A DNA stretch of 64,000 nt from an uncultured Pseudomonadota bacterium (GCA_949298405.1 CASFWA010000001.1:129883-193882); one strand, 5' to 3'. Shown: positions 48,528-58,144, counted from the first letter of the stretch. Numbers and translations are program-made. The notes: generated by a model from the sequence alone, not told the origin.

Positions 48528-49253
48528 ATGCGTAAATTTTTTTCATTATTATTTGCTTTGGTTTTGGTTGAGCCTTTCTTTGCTGAAAATGCACGTGCGA
48601 ATACTTTGGAACAAGATACTTCAGATCCTTTGTATATGTTGAAAATAGAAGAGGTTTTATCCCAAACTTCTTTGATTTATTGGGATAATATTTTGCGTCT
48701 TGGACAAACTGTGTCTTATGGTTTGAATAATCGGTTAACAATTGCTGCAAATGTTCATTATCAGCAAGACTTTGATGGTCCAGAAGATGGATTTTCTAGT
48801 ATTGATTTAGGCGGTATTTATCGTGTCGGTATGGCAGAAGGAAATAGTGCACATATAATTTCTGATGTTTTGTTCGGATTAAAGTTTGGAGGTAGTTCGC
48901 GCGTTCGTACACCTTATTTCGCAGATTCCACATACTATGCAGGTTATCGTTTCGGTCGTCAGTGGGCAGGGGTCACTTTGGCTGCAACTATAAAGTCTAG
49001 TTGGATTTTTGACGATGTTCGTGGAATGGCTTATATAGATTTTATTCCAGAAGCGTATTTTCGTGTAAATCCTGATTGGCGATTGGGGACAAGTTTGACT
49101 TTACGTAAAGCAACAAACCCTCATTATAACCAAGAATGGTTGGGCGGTAAGGTGGTTCGTCAATATGGACGTACACAGTATATCGGTCATTTAGACTATG
49201 AATTCGAAAGTAATGAGTTGCAAGTCGGTGCCCAGGTAAATATTTTATTTTAA
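48528..49253 (+). CDS. Putative outer membrane beta-barrel protein
   Basis: Signal peptide (ARA), alternating beta-strand pattern, C-terminal VNILF. Confidence 0.7.
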   Translation: MRKFFSLLFALVLVEPFFAENARANTLEQDTSDPLYMLKIEEVLSQTSLIYWDNILRLGQTVSYGLNNRLTIAANVHYQQDFDGPEDGFSSIDLGGIYRVGMAEGNSAHIISDVLFGLKFGGSSRVRTPYFADSTYYAGYRFGRQWAGVTLAATIKSSWIFDDVRGMAYIDFIPEAYFRVNPDWRLGTSLTLRKATNPHYNQEWLGGKVVRQYGRTQYIGHLDYEFESNELQVGAQVNILF

Positions 49254-49259
49254 TATCTG

Positions 49260-49298
49260 ATACCATTGTGAGATAAAAAATCACAATGGTATTTTTTT
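49260..49298 (+). terminator. Terminator after the OMP pair
   Basis: ATACCATTGTGA-loop-TCACAATGGTAT followed by a T-run. Confidence 0.85.
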
Positions 49299-49344
49299 AT
49301 CTCGGTTTGTTGACATTTTTTATTTTTGTGTCATTATTGTGTCC

Positions 49345-50310
49345 ATGATGAATGAAAAGATTATTTTTGTATTCCCGGGGCAGGGTGCCCAGTATGTTGG
49401 TATGTGCAAAGACTTGTTTAATGAATTTGCGGCAGTTAGACATACTTTCGAGGAAGTGTCTGATATTTCACATAGAAATATTGCAAATATTTGTTTTGAA
49501 GGCCCAAGAGAAGATTTAAATAAACCGGAAAATACTTCTTTGGGAACTTTCGCTCATTCTGTATCTATTGCAAGATTGATAGAAGAAAAATTAGATGCAC
49601 CTTTATATGAGGTTGCTTATGCGATTGTAGGACATTCCATGGGGCAGTATTCCGCATTACATTGTGTGGGAAGCGTTTCTATGGAAGATGCTGTTCATTT
49701 GTTGTCCGCTAGGTCTTCTTATATGTCTATGACAAATCAAGCGGGTGGCGGAATGGCTTGTATTGTTGGTTTGTCCAAAGAAGATGTTGAACGTTCTTTA
49801 ATGGCGGCAACAGGGCATGGATATACGGCTATTGCTAATCATAATGCACGAGATCAGTTTATAATCAGTGGGCAAAATGAGGCATTGGATGCGGTTATTG
49901 CACGTGCACGTGAAAAAGGTGCAAGAATTGCAAGACGCTTAAATGTTGCTATACCTGCTCATTGTGCATTGATGCAAAATGCGGAAATTTTATTACGAAA
50001 AAGATTGGAAAATATTAATATAGAACCTCCAAAAACTAACTGGTTTTCAAATCAGACCGCAAACGTTATGGTAAAACCTTTGGACGTAAAAGAATCTTTA
50101 TCTGACCAAATGACACATGGGGTGCGCTGGTTGGAAATAATGGAAAAATTCCCTGCCTATAATATCACGCGTGCTTATGAATTAGGACCAGGAAAGGCTT
50201 TGACAGGGTTGATAAATCGTGCCAATGTTGGCTGCTTTGCTTCCGCAACAGATAATATCAAAAATGTAAAAAATATGTTGAATGAACTGGAACAACAAAA
50301 ATTACGTTAA
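49345..50310 (+). CDS. fabD: Malonyl-CoA-ACP transacylase
   Basis: FVFPGQGAQ, GHSMG, Q..ISG, AHC.LM, VRW, ELGPG. Confidence 0.92.
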   Translation: MMNEKIIFVFPGQGAQYVGMCKDLFNEFAAVRHTFEEVSDISHRNIANICFEGPREDLNKPENTSLGTFAHSVSIARLIEEKLDAPLYEVAYAIVGHSMGQYSALHCVGSVSMEDAVHLLSARSSYMSMTNQAGGGMACIVGLSKEDVERSLMAATGHGYTAIANHNARDQFIISGQNEALDAVIARAREKGARIARRLNVAIPAHCALMQNAEILLRKRLENINIEPPKTNWFSNQTANVMVKPLDVKESLSDQMTHGVRWLEIMEKFPAYNITRAYELGPGKALTGLINRANVGCFASATDNIKNVKNMLNELEQQKLR

Positions 50311-51587
50311 TTTTTCTTGTTAAGTTTTTCACGTAAAGAATCCCAGTATTCTAAACGTTTCTTTATTTCCCTTTCGAAACCACGCTCAATTGGGTTATAG
50401 AATTTTCGTCTTTGCATTTTTTCTGGAAAACAATTTTGACCGCTAAATCCCGATTCGGTATCTGGTTCGTATATATAGCCCGCACCATAGCCCATTTCTT
50501 TCATCATGCGTGTCGGCGCGTTTAATATATTTTTGGGAGGCATTAAACTACCTGTTTCGCGAGCAGCCTGGTATGCCGCATTTTGTGCACGATAATTTGC
50601 GGTGCTTTTTGGTGCCGTACCTAAGTAAATAACCAATTCTGTTAGAGCAAGGTCACCTTCGGGACTGCCCATGCGTTCATATAATTGCCATGCGCTTAAT
50701 GCGATTTGCATGGCGTTGGGATCTGCAAGACCTATATCCTCCATAGCAAATCGGCTTAATCGCCTGAATAAATACATCGGGTCTTGTCCGGATGTCATCA
50801 TTCGTGCTGTCCAGTATAATGCAGCATCTGTATCACTGGCTCTTAATGATTTATGCACCGCTGATATTAGGTTATAGTGTTCGTCACCACTTTTATCTGA
50901 TAATGGTGCACGTTTTTGTATGGCTTTGTCTAATGCTTCTGAATTTAGTTTCTTTTTAAAATTAGCAGATAATAAGTATTCAACAGTATTTAATAAAAAT
51001 CGAGCATCCCCATCTGCCATTTGGGCAAGGTGTATGCGTGCCGATTCGTCTAGTGGTAATTTCTTGTCTAAGAATTTTTCCGCACGTTCCATCAAAGTCA
51101 TTAAATCTTCTGTGGATAGACCTTGTAATACACCTGTGTGACAACGCGATAGTAAAGCATTATTTAAATTAAAACTGGGATTTTCTGTCGTTGCACCCAT
51201 AAATACGACTGTGCCATCTTCTAAATATGGCAGTAAGGTATCTTGTTGGGTCTTATTAAAACGATGAATTTCGTCTATGAATAATAAGGTGTTCCTGCCA
51301 ATCTCGCGATTCATTTTCGCGGCTTCCATCGCCTTTTTTATGTCTGCAGTACCAGAAAATACCGCAGACATCGGAACAAAGTCCATGTCCACAGATTTTG
51401 CAAGTGCACGCGCAATTGTTGTTTTCCCGCATCCAGGAGGTCCCCATAAAATTAAATTTGATAATTTATGGTTGTCTACCATTCGACGAACAAGACCATT
51501 TTCACCAAGTAATTGAGTCTGACCTACGATATCATCTATTGTCGCAGGACGCATCAAATCGGCAAGAGGGCGGTTTTCATTCTGCAT
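50307..51587 (-). CDS. rarA: Replication-associated recombination protein A
   Basis: PLADLMRP, WGPPGCGKTT, DEIHRFNK, ATTENPSF, EDIGLADP, NAPT. Confidence 0.96.
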   Translation of the reverse strand: MQNENRPLADLMRPATIDDIVGQTQLLGENGLVRRMVDNHKLSNLILWGPPGCGKTTIARALAKSVDMDFVPMSAVFSGTADIKKAMEAAKMNREIGRNTLLFIDEIHRFNKTQQDTLLPYLEDGTVVFMGATTENPSFNLNNALLSRCHTGVLQGLSTEDLMTLMERAEKFLDKKLPLDESARIHLAQMADGDARFLLNTVEYLLSANFKKKLNSEALDKAIQKRAPLSDKSGDEHYNLISAVHKSLRASDTDAALYWTARMMTSGQDPMYLFRRLSRFAMEDIGLADPNAMQIALSAWQLYERMGSPEGDLALTELVIYLGTAPKSTANYRAQNAAYQAARETGSLMPPKNILNAPTRMMKEMGYGAGYIYEPDTESGFSGQNCFPEKMQRRKFYNPIERGFEREIKKRLEYWDSLREKLNKKN

Positions 51588-51664
51588 TATAAATTTTACT
51601 TAGGTTTTATTTATGCTTTATTTGTGATATAATGGATTGTATTAAATAAATAAGGGTTTCGCAA

Positions 51665-52030
51665 TTGGTAAATAATAATAAAAATCCTGAATTTACATTG
51701 GCTGTGGCTAATTTAGCCGCTGCGGCAATCGCTGCTAATCCCGCCCTTACAATGGAGGCGGCGGTAAAAGCCGCACGCGAGTCTTTGCGTGGAACGTCTG
51801 TCACACCACAACAAATTGCTGATTCTGTCCAGCCTGATAGAATTCAATGCCTTGAAGATGGGACTTGGCATGTTATGTTGCGCCGTTATGTGAAAAGAAA
51901 GTTTAATTTAACACCACAACAATATCGTGAAAAATGGGGCTTGCCGGATGATTACCCTTTTGTTGCACCTAAATATTCTGCAAAACGTTCGAAAATTGCA
52001 AAAAAAACGGGACTTGGTAAAAATAAATAA
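51665..52030 (+). CDS. MucR/Ros family regulator (start uncertain, TTG)
   Basis: SVQPD.I.CLEDG, LTPQQYREKWGLPDDYP.VAPKYS.KRS.IAK..GLG. Confidence 0.88.
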   Translation: MVNNNKNPEFTLAVANLAAAAIAANPALTMEAAVKAARESLRGTSVTPQQIADSVQPDRIQCLEDGTWHVMLRRYVKRKFNLTPQQYREKWGLPDDYPFVAPKYSAKRSKIAKKTGLGKNK

Positions 52031-52043
52031 TGAGGCTTTATAA

Positions 52044-53966
52044 ATGACCGAAAAGTTTAGAAAAATTGTCGCAAAACCAGAATTGCTGGCAAAAAAATTG
52101 CGTCAGGCTATAGAAAAAACAAATCCAGTGGATTACGTTGATGAACAAAGAAAAATTAAAAATGAAGCAGGAATAAAAGATGGTTATGCTTCTGTAAAAG
52201 ACGATTTAGAAAAATTTGCACTTAGTTCCGCAAAAGGTGCAGGGTGGCTTGCAGCAGGTGGTACACAATTTTTATTAACACTGACTAGGTGGATTACATT
52301 GGATAATGTTTTTTTGCGTAAGTTAGAAAAAAAACTTGGGGAAATAAAAGTCGAAAAAAATAAAAAGGGTAAACCAAAAAAATTGCAATCGTTTGCAAAA
52401 AAATATCCTAATTTATCCGCTCATATAATGTGGTATTTTATGTTGGCCGCAGCAATTGGGGGGGGGAAAGTCGCAGTAAACGAGGGAAAAGAAGCAGTAT
52501 CTTCATACAAAGAATGGAAAATAGATAAAGAAGTAGAAGAAAATACACGCGGAACTTATGCCGCTTTCTTAAATAAAATGCGCCCGGTAACACCGTTCTT
52601 GATAGCGGATTTGATAGCCAAAGAAGGTGTTCATATCGATACAACAACAGGTTTACATACCCCTTATTTGGATTCAAAGGGCATACCAACAATCGGGTTT
52701 GGTTCTACTATGTTAAAAGACGGTACGCGCGTCACAATGAATACAAAACCTATAACCACAGATGAAGCATATGAATTGGCCCGTTGGCATCTTGAAGATG
52801 GAGAAACTTATTTCGTCCTATATTGCTATGATGTTGCAAGTGATAATATAAATATTAATAATACCAATGAAGCATTGGGGATGAGTTCTATTATTTATAA
52901 TGCCTATTCAAAGTTGATAGAAAATAAATCTGATAGAAATCATCAAAAAAGATTTAGGGAATTAAGAATTTTGTATGATGAATATGGTTATGCCGTCCCT
53001 GATTCTTTGGTAAAAAATACATTCAAAAAATATCCTATTACAGATCCAACAAGTTTTGGAAAAGCATGGCTGGGAAATGAAAATAAAAATTCTACCGCAG
53101 ATAAACTTGGCGGTTTCTTGGCAGGAGGAAGAGGACTATATTGGCGCCGCTGGCTAGAGGCAGGTTTGTTTACAGGTGACGTTACACCACAGATGTTATT
53201 AGATTGCCCGTCAAATGGTATGTATGAGTTCTTTAAAGTAATGGGGGAAAAGAAAAGTGCTTTCTTTACTGGTGATATAGATGATAGGCATGTAAATAAA
53301 AAGACCTATGAAGAGTTTAGAAAGTGGTTGAAAAATCCAGTTAATGAAAAAGGTGAATCTTTAAAACATTGGAAAAAAGTAAAAGATCATCTGCCTAAAG
53401 ATGTTCTGGCTTTTTGTGAAACTGGTAAATGTGAACTTGGTAATCGTGAGTTCGCACAAATTATAAAAAAACGCGAGAATGTAGAAGTAAAAACTTATGT
53501 AATCGGATATGATGAAATGTATAAAAAATCGCTATCCGCGTTTAAGCAGGGAGATTATAAAAATGCCGCCAGTGGGTTTGAAAATATGATAAAGCAGTAT
53601 CCTGGAAATGCTTTGTTGCATAATGATTTAGCGGCTGCTTATAATAAACTTGGAAAATATAAAGAAGCAGTTAAAGAAGCACGAAAGGTTCTGTTTGATA
53701 TAGGCGATAAAAGTCAGTATGCGGCAGCACAATATAATGCTGGTGTCGCGTACGAACAGTTGGGTGATTTAGAACGCGCTTTGGCTAACTATAAACTAGC
53801 GGTAGTAAACGGTAATAAAAGAGTACAATCTGATGTATCAAGAATTGAAAAGAAATTAAAAAAATCTAAAACTTTGGCTTTTAATCAAGCAGCAAATAAC
53901 ATGAAACAAAATAATAAAAATTCAGATTTTATTACTTTTGTTTTTGATGAAAATTATTTGGGATAA
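52044..53966 (+). CDS. Membrane-anchored lysozyme-like (GH24-like) + TPR protein
   Basis: Hydrophobic segment at about aa 125-141, KEG...PYLDSKGIPTIGFGST, C-terminal TPR repeats (AQYNAGVAYEQLGDLERALANY). Confidence 0.65.
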   Translation: MTEKFRKIVAKPELLAKKLRQAIEKTNPVDYVDEQRKIKNEAGIKDGYASVKDDLEKFALSSAKGAGWLAAGGTQFLLTLTRWITLDNVFLRKLEKKLGEIKVEKNKKGKPKKLQSFAKKYPNLSAHIMWYFMLAAAIGGGKVAVNEGKEAVSSYKEWKIDKEVEENTRGTYAAFLNKMRPVTPFLIADLIAKEGVHIDTTTGLHTPYLDSKGIPTIGFGSTMLKDGTRVTMNTKPITTDEAYELARWHLEDGETYFVLYCYDVASDNININNTNEALGMSSIIYNAYSKLIENKSDRNHQKRFRELRILYDEYGYAVPDSLVKNTFKKYPITDPTSFGKAWLGNENKNSTADKLGGFLAGGRGLYWRRWLEAGLFTGDVTPQMLLDCPSNGMYEFFKVMGEKKSAFFTGDIDDRHVNKKTYEEFRKWLKNPVNEKGESLKHWKKVKDHLPKDVLAFCETGKCELGNREFAQIIKKRENVEVKTYVIGYDEMYKKSLSAFKQGDYKNAASGFENMIKQYPGNALLHNDLAAAYNKLGKYKEAVKEARKVLFDIGDKSQYAAAQYNAGVAYEQLGDLERALANYKLAVVNGNKRVQSDVSRIEKKLKKSKTLAFNQAANNMKQNNKNSDFITFVFDENYLG

Positions 53967-53978
53967 AGGTTGTGCGTT

Positions 53979-55988
53979 ATGAAGGTTTATGTGGATTACA
54001 AAGATTCTAGGTGGAATCGTTATAATATAGATTTTTCTGCCGTTGCAAATGCAGTTGTAGGTACAACACATAAAAAATCAGAAGTGTCTATAATTTTAAC
54101 AGACGATAAAGAAATACATGAACTAAACCGTCAATATAGAAATATTGATAAGCCAACGAATGTACTGTCATTTGAATTAGGTGACGATGTTTTGTTGGGG
54201 GATATTTATATATCTCTAGATACAGTTATGCGTGAAGCAAAAGATTTGAATATCACAGTAGAAGAACATACTGCACATATGGTAGTTCATGGAGTTTTGC
54301 ACCTGTTGGGGTATGACCATATAAAGGATGATGATGCAATTGTAATGGAAACAAAGGAAATAAGTGTTTTAAAAAAGTTGGGTATAAAAAATCCGTATGA
54401 AGCGGATTTGCCTATATGCAGCGATTCTTCATGTTGCCCGGGTGGAAAATTTTTTTCTTGGTTAAAAAAAATAAAAATACGTAAAAATAGTTTAGAACAA
54501 TACTTGATTTTATTTTTATTGGGGGGATTTGCGTCTTTGGGTTTTGCGCCTTTTTATATGTGGTGGGCGACAATTTTGGCAATTGCGCTGGCGTATAAAA
54601 TAATAGTTCGTGCTGCAGATAAGAAAGACAGTTTGGTAAAAGATTTTTTGCGTGTTCTTCCTTTTAGTGCTGCATATGCTATGTCTATGTTTTGGTGGGT
54701 GTTGCATTCTATTTATGTCGTACCAGAATTGACTGCGCAATTTGCTGTGTGGACTGTGCCGGGGTTAATAGGAATAGGTGTTTTGGGTGGAATTGTTTTT
54801 GCGGTTCCTTTTGTCGTAATCTCTCGTATGTGCACGATTCCGGCGCATAGAGCGATTCTGTTCGCGGCAAGTTGGGCACTTGTTTTATGGTTGCGTGAAT
54901 GGCTTTTAACAGGTTTCCCTTGGAATCCAATTGCTAATATAACTATGCCTTTCCCTGTACTAGCAAATTCTATGTCTGTATGGGGGGCGTTGGGACTTAC
55001 TTTTATTATAATCGGATTGATTGCGTTAATAGTGGAGGTCTTAACCGATAAAAAATCTAAGTACTGTTGGTTGCTTGTTGGTGTTTTTAGTGTTTTATTA
55101 ATTGGTGGAATCTTTGCAGGATACAATAATATAAAAAAGTCTCAGAATGATGCCAATGCTTCGCCGATTGTAAGAATTGTGCAACCTGCACAAAGTGCTG
55201 TGCAAAAAGCAACTCATTCTAGGGCAGAAGCATTAAAAAACGCAGAAGAAAATATAAAGAATTTGATAATGCTTGCGGCTGCGCCCAATAAACCAGATTT
55301 AATTATTTTTCCTGAAACTTCGTATCCTTTTGTCGTTGTGCCTGGTGACGATATGCCCGTCGCAAATGCTTTAAATTCTAATGTTGTAATAGGTGCAACA
55401 ACATATGATAACGGTAAAATGTATAATTCAATGTTAGTTATATCCCCAGAAGGAGTAATTAAAAAAATATATAGCAAATCGCATTTGGTGCCATTCGGTG
55501 AATATCGACCATTAGGCGATATAATACCAACGCCTGGACAATTAACTGCGGGCAAAGGACCGGAAATAATAAATATTAATTTGGGAAGTAAAAACTTTAC
55601 TTTCGTTCCCGCAATATGTTATGAAATTATTTTTTCTGATTCTTTGCAACCCCAGGAAAACATGCATATAGACGCAATTATAAATATAACAAATGATACT
55701 TGGTTTGGAAAAACACCAGGTTCATATCAGCATCTTGATATGGTACGTCGTTATGCAATAGAATCAGGATTGCCTATTATTAGAGCAAATTATTCTGGTA
55801 TCAGTGCGTTTGTTTCATCTGACGGTGAAATTATATCATCGCTGTCGATAGGGCAGGCCGGGACTTTGGACGGTTTTGTGTGGGGGGCACATGATACTTT
55901 ATATCATCTAATTGGACGTGATGGTTGGATGATTGTTATATTGTTATTTTCTATTGTTTTGATTTTTGGAACCAGAAAAAAGAATTAA
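53979..55988 (+). CDS. ybeY-lnt: Fusion of rRNA maturation endoribonuclease YbeY and apolipoprotein N-acyltransferase Lnt
   Basis: YbeY motifs DKPTNVLSF, LGDIYIS, HGVLHLLGYDH; Lnt motifs GFPWN, FPET, KSHLVPFGEY, ICYE, NDTWFG; one uninterrupted frame. Confidence 0.9.
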   Translation: MKVYVDYKDSRWNRYNIDFSAVANAVVGTTHKKSEVSIILTDDKEIHELNRQYRNIDKPTNVLSFELGDDVLLGDIYISLDTVMREAKDLNITVEEHTAHMVVHGVLHLLGYDHIKDDDAIVMETKEISVLKKLGIKNPYEADLPICSDSSCCPGGKFFSWLKKIKIRKNSLEQYLILFLLGGFASLGFAPFYMWWATILAIALAYKIIVRAADKKDSLVKDFLRVLPFSAAYAMSMFWWVLHSIYVVPELTAQFAVWTVPGLIGIGVLGGIVFAVPFVVISRMCTIPAHRAILFAASWALVLWLREWLLTGFPWNPIANITMPFPVLANSMSVWGALGLTFIIIGLIALIVEVLTDKKSKYCWLLVGVFSVLLIGGIFAGYNNIKKSQNDANASPIVRIVQPAQSAVQKATHSRAEALKNAEENIKNLIMLAAAPNKPDLIIFPETSYPFVVVPGDDMPVANALNSNVVIGATTYDNGKMYNSMLVISPEGVIKKIYSKSHLVPFGEYRPLGDIIPTPGQLTAGKGPEIININLGSKNFTFVPAICYEIIFSDSLQPQENMHIDAIINITNDTWFGKTPGSYQHLDMVRRYAIESGLPIIRANYSGISAFVSSDGEIISSLSIGQAGTLDGFVWGAHDTLYHLIGRDGWMIVILLFSIVLIFGTRKKN

Positions 55989-56018
55989 AAGAAAAATAAA
56001 TAAGTCGTAAATTGCGGC

Positions 56019-56225
56019 TTATTTATTTTTTATTTTATTTAGAATCCATATTCTGATTGCAGATGATAGGTTTGTGTCAGGTGTTCGATTTGAGTCTATT
56101 TCTGTGATAATTGATGCAATAGATTTGTTTTCTGCTTTTGCAATATCATGTAAACATTCTATGAATTCTGATTCCATAGAAATACTTGTTTGATGACCTG
56201 ATAAAGAAACTGATATTTTTTTCAT
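56019..56225 (-). CDS. Ribbon-helix-helix domain protein (RHH_4-like)
   Basis: SVSLSGHQTSISME..F...L..IA, NLSSAIRIWIL. Confidence 0.85.
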   Translation of the reverse strand: MKKISVSLSGHQTSISMESEFIECLHDIAKAENKSIASIITEIDSNRTPDTNLSSAIRIWILNKIKNK

Positions 56226-56229
56226 AATT

Positions 56230-56664
56230 TTAATTTTTACCAGCCATTAAGCAATCTGTCAATGCCTTGTAAGGGTCATCGTATTTGCGTAGTGGATTTA
56301 GGGATAGATTATCTAACATATAGCATGTACCAAAAGAATCTACTGCGAACCAAAATAAATCATTTCGACCGAATACTGTTTTCCCCCTCATACGTGCGTG
56401 TTTTATAACGGATTTGTTTATTTCTGTTATGTTGGGAACAGGAAAATTGGAACCAATTTGGTATTCTGATGGACCAAAAATATAGCCATTGCCAAGATTT
56501 ATCCCCCCGGTCTTTTCATATATTTTTATTAAAAAAGCCGGCAACATCGCTGCACACATTTGTTGCAATGACATGTTAGATAAACTTATTTCTTGGTTGT
56601 TTGTTGCAGGGGCAAATGTTGCGCCTTGTTTCTTTATGCCGGATAAAAATTCTTCTTGGGTCAT
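56230..56664 (-). CDS. SMI1/KNR4 (SUKH)-like protein
   Basis: PATNNQEI...LPAFLIKIYEKTGG pattern resembles the SMI1/KNR4 N-terminus. Confidence 0.45.
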   Translation of the reverse strand: MTQEEFLSGIKKQGATFAPATNNQEISLSNMSLQQMCAAMLPAFLIKIYEKTGGINLGNGYIFGPSEYQIGSNFPVPNITEINKSVIKHARMRGKTVFGRNDLFWFAVDSFGTCYMLDNLSLNPLRKYDDPYKALTDCLMAGKN

Positions 56665-56677
56665 AAGCGTTCTCTTT

Positions 56678-57181
56678 TTACATATCTCGTTCCGCAGATA
56701 TCTGGGCTGCTAGTTGCGATAGTCTATCTTCTGTCGCGTTTCCACCGTCCCCACCAGATGCTGTGTGCGCCGGAACATAAATCTTTTTTACTGGATTTGG
56801 TAACCATATAGTTTCGTTACCATATTGGTCTATTATAAATAGGTCTAGGTTATGTGAGTGTGGAAATGTTTTGCACATAAATAGGTTGTCTATCGATAAT
56901 TTACCACCCCATACCAATGGTATTCTGAACCTTATAGATAAGTTAGCAGGAATTTTCCTGCCCATTATTAATGCCATAAATTCTTCTTGGCTTAGGTTCA
57001 TAAAAGCAAGTTCTTCAACAGAATCTGTTAAACTTGTTATAAATTCGTGGCAGAGTTTTTTATATTGCTGAAACCAATCAGAAGGTACTTGCGCAGGAAT
57101 AGGGGATATGCTTATTATTGGCATATCTTCCATTCGCATATCGGCTAATTTTTGTTCTGCGGATTCTTTACTTAATTGCAT
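56678..57181 (-). CDS. Hypothetical protein with degenerate HNH-like motif
   Basis: IRFRIPLVWGGKLSIDNL...PHSH resembles HH-x2-P-x3-GG-x5-NL...H without the first histidines. Confidence 0.5.
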   Translation of the reverse strand: MQLSKESAEQKLADMRMEDMPIISISPIPAQVPSDWFQQYKKLCHEFITSLTDSVEELAFMNLSQEEFMALIMGRKIPANLSIRFRIPLVWGGKLSIDNLFMCKTFPHSHNLDLFIIDQYGNETIWLPNPVKKIYVPAHTASGGDGGNATEDRLSQLAAQISAERDM

Positions 57182-58101
57182 TAAATTTTCCCTATATAAT
57201 TAATAACGGTGTCAATGTATTGGGAGTATGCGTCAAAATTACCGTCATCATCGTCTGGAATGGCCGGATTAGGTACGTTCTGAATATAACTTTTTAATTC
57301 TTCAATAGTTTTAAACATTAATATATCTTGGAATTCTGATGTAGATGCATCAGGTGCGTCTATTATAAAACCATTTATATTTATATATATATCATCTAAT
57401 GTGTCAGAGAATATTTGAGATAGTTTGTCTATCATTCCACGTAAGTCTGTTGTCTTTATTCCAACCGCACCAATCCATAAATTTTCATTTGTACCTATGG
57501 CTAATAAATTAGTTTTTATTCCATTAATACGTGGGTCTTGTTTGACAATATATCCTGCGTTAGAAAATATTTCTTTGATTTCAGAATAATCTTGTTCTGT
57601 ATGTGGATTGGCTGTGGATAGATGTGACAGCGGCGTAGCGCTGTTTTCAGTGCTATGATTTGTTAGGTTAAAAGTAGGTATGTTTAACCGTGGCGGACGT
57701 GAAATAGAAATACTTGATACAGGTGTTTGATGTGGTGCAGTCTGCGTTTGTGCAGGCAGAACTTCTAATGTTGATGCATCATCAATCGGCGTGTCCTTTT
57801 TTTCTGATTTTGTAGGTGCATTATTAGATGTGGTATGTATTTTTGGTAGTTTTATTTTTCGTAGTTTGGGGCGTACAATAGTGTATAAACCAAATAGCAT
57901 TACGAATATTGTAATAACAAGAGATACATAAAATTTTGAATCTATAGGGGATTTTGCTGCTTGTAAATAAGATAAATATTCCCAGTGCTGTAATGAAAAA
58001 ATGTTAAAACCGAATATTGTGTTAAACCAAAAACTTGCCCCCAGGGTGACGGCAATTAACCACAACATTCCAAGTAATATATTGTCTATTTTGTTTTTCA
58101 T
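57181..58101 (-). CDS. Two-TM membrane protein with Pro/Thr-rich linker and C-terminal alpha/beta domain
   Basis: Two hydrophobic helices, low-complexity linker, C-terminal domain FSNAGYIV...LLAIG..LWIG. Confidence 0.7.
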   Translation of the reverse strand: MKNKIDNILLGMLWLIAVTLGASFWFNTIFGFNIFSLQHWEYLSYLQAAKSPIDSKFYVSLVITIFVMLFGLYTIVRPKLRKIKLPKIHTTSNNAPTKSEKKDTPIDDASTLEVLPAQTQTAPHQTPVSSISISRPPRLNIPTFNLTNHSTENSATPLSHLSTANPHTEQDYSEIKEIFSNAGYIVKQDPRINGIKTNLLAIGTNENLWIGAVGIKTTDLRGMIDKLSQIFSDTLDDIYININGFIIDAPDASTSEFQDILMFKTIEELKSYIQNVPNPAIPDDDDGNFDAYSQYIDTVINYIGKI

Positions 58102-58144
58102 TTGTCTTTGATTATATCATATTTATGATAAAGTAAAAAGAGTT

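Noticed and set aside
52044-53966. Prophage remnant around the lysozyme-like gene
   Set aside because: No holin, structural, terminase or integrase genes nearby; flanked tightly by mucR and ybeY-lnt
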